Shown here piece after piece: positions 62,673-64,000 of a DNA stretch of 64,000 nucleotides (positions are counted from its first letter, which is position 1; the number at the start of each line of letters is the position of its first letter). Both the position numbers and the translations under genes were made by a program. The stretch covers positions 1 to 64,000 of IMG/VR virus record IMGVR_UViG_3300047160_017115; one strand, 5' to 3'. Below the pieces are notes generated by a model. That model was not told the origin of the DNA. It did no database searches and worked only from the letters and a program-made list of their open reading frames with translations. The stretch is from a virus. Taxonomy: Duplodnaviria; Caudoviricetes.

Positions 62673-63587
62673 ATGCCGAAGCGTTTCGTCTCACCGCAGG
62701 TCCACTTTCTCGGCATGACCGAGGTCGACGAGGAGGGCCTCCAGGGCTACCTTGACGCCACGGGGAACTCCGAGTTCATGGCGTCCTACCGCGAGGCCAG
62801 GGCCAGCGGCCTGTCCTCCGCGGAGTGCCTCTGTAGCTTCTACGCCAAGCTCTGCTACCGGTCTCTGGCCCTGGGCCACAACGCCAACATCTCCCGGGTC
62901 CGCGACATCCGCGACAATCTGGTCACGACGTTCGACAGCGCCCACGGCTCGGTCTTCGAGCACGTGAACCTCAACTTCGTGGCCTACAACGTCTCCAGGG
63001 TGTCGACCCATGAGTGGGTACGCCACCGGATCGGGACGGCCTTCTCCCAGACCTCGGGTCGGTACTGCCGGATCGAGGACCTCCAGCTCGTCTGGGACCC
63101 GATTCTCGATGGTTGCCAGGACCTGCTGGAGGACGCACTCCAGAAGATCGAGGACACCGTGTACCTGATGGAGTGCCACACGGGCCTGCGCGTCCCGCCC
63201 CCGAATACGTCCGGCGTCACCCCTTTTGATTATCTGAGAGCGCGCGACGAGGACGACCTGGTGTTTATTGAGAGGCTTCGCTGGGTCCCCAACCCCGACG
63301 TCGACTTCACCTTCAAGAAGAAGGTCACGAGTGCGATTCGGAGAATCGCCCCCAACGGCCAGCCCAACGAGATGGGCTTCTCGGTCAACCTCCGCTCCCT
63401 GCGCCACGTCGTCATGGTGCGCACGGCCGCGGCCGCCGAGCGCGAGATCCGGGACATCTTTGGACAGGTCTACCGCCTGGCCAAGGCCAAGATGCCCCTG
63501 GCCTTCCACGGCGCCAAGGAGCGCGAGGTGGACGGCCTCGTCGAGGTCTACGGCATGAAACTCCAGCCCTACGAGAGGACAGACTGA
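62673..63587 (+). CDS. thyX: FAD-dependent thymidylate synthase
   Basis: HGSVFEH, VSTHEWVRHR, SQTSGRY, NLRSLRH..R..AEREIR. Confidence 0.95.
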   Translation: MPKRFVSPQVHFLGMTEVDEEGLQGYLDATGNSEFMASYREARASGLSSAECLCSFYAKLCYRSLALGHNANISRVRDIRDNLVTTFDSAHGSVFEHVNLNFVAYNVSRVSTHEWVRHRIGTAFSQTSGRYCRIEDLQLVWDPILDGCQDLLEDALQKIEDTVYLMECHTGLRVPPPNTSGVTPFDYLRARDEDDLVFIERLRWVPNPDVDFTFKKKVTSAIRRIAPNGQPNEMGFSVNLRSLRHVVMVRTAAAAEREIRDIFGQVYRLAKAKMPLAFHGAKEREVDGLVEVYGMKLQPYERTD

Positions 63588-64000
63588 TGTCGTTCCAGGC
63601 TCGCATGTCGGCAGGCGATACGCGGCTCTACTCGGTCAACCGCGACGTCGCCCACCACTTCCCTCAGGTCATGATGCACATCGCCAACCGCCTCGAGAAC
63701 GGGGCGTGGCCCTTCCTCAAAAGCCTCCTCGACGCCTACGGGGTTCCTGAGGAGGAACTGGGGAAGGCGTGCGAGACCTTCTGCGCCTTTATCGCGACGG
63801 CCCACGAGAGGGGCGACACCGTCACGATGGAGGATGCCCTCCAGGCCAGCGGTTTCCTGGCCGTTCACCAGGCGGCCCAGGCCGTCTTCATGGCGTACCT
63901 GGGGTCCGTGATGGCCGGCATCTTCTTCGCCGGCGCCCGTGACGCGAGCCTCGGTGGTGATTCCTACAAGGCGTCCGTCGCCGGCCTCGTGGAGGCGGGC
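63587..64000 (+). CDS. hypothetical protein, 3'-truncated by the window
   Basis: ATG overlapping thyX stop, MSFQARMSAG..., open to the window end. Confidence 0.65.
   Translation, partial: MSFQARMSAGDTRLYSVNRDVAHHFPQVMMHIANRLENGAWPFLKSLLDAYGVPEEELGKACETFCAFIATAHERGDTVTMEDALQASGFLAVHQAAQAVFMAYLGSVMAGIFFAGARDASLGGDSYKASVAGLVEAG

Overview
GC-rich (roughly two-thirds GC by eye) 64-kb segment of a very large tailed-phage genome. It carries an rIIA-like GHKL ATPase, a MoxR ATPase and a tyrosine integrase next to an apparently intact attP (core = 3' 60 nt of tRNA-Leu(GAG)). It also has an isolated antisense GpA-type terminase, three tandem sigma70-like genes plus an RNAP alpha-CTD protein, and nucleotide/DNA-modification enzymes (Dcd, ThyX, PIG-L deacetylase, GT2, methyltransferase, UDG-like, HhH glycosylase). 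A full replication/recombination block is present (Mre11, Rad50, SF2 helicase, DnaB, primase, UDG-fused family A polymerase, RecA-like). A Planctomycetota-like host is my inference only. Main unexplained signals: (1) a Nop/IS110-like RNA-binding protein, an orphan RAMP/Cas7-like protein and an SF2 helicase tightly coupled inside the replication operon, with no cas1/cas2; (2) twelve co-oriented copies of a 33-36 bp hairpin repeat with CRISPR-like geometry and stem covariation, dispersed as solitary units and mini-arrays; (3) eleven copies of a 13-bp AT-rich motif RAAAACGGTTTYG in both orientations, independent of reading frame; (4) five separate tandem gene triplications; (5) a multi-hairpin non-coding region near 30.7-30.9 kb. 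All protein calls come from visual motif recognition, not database searches.
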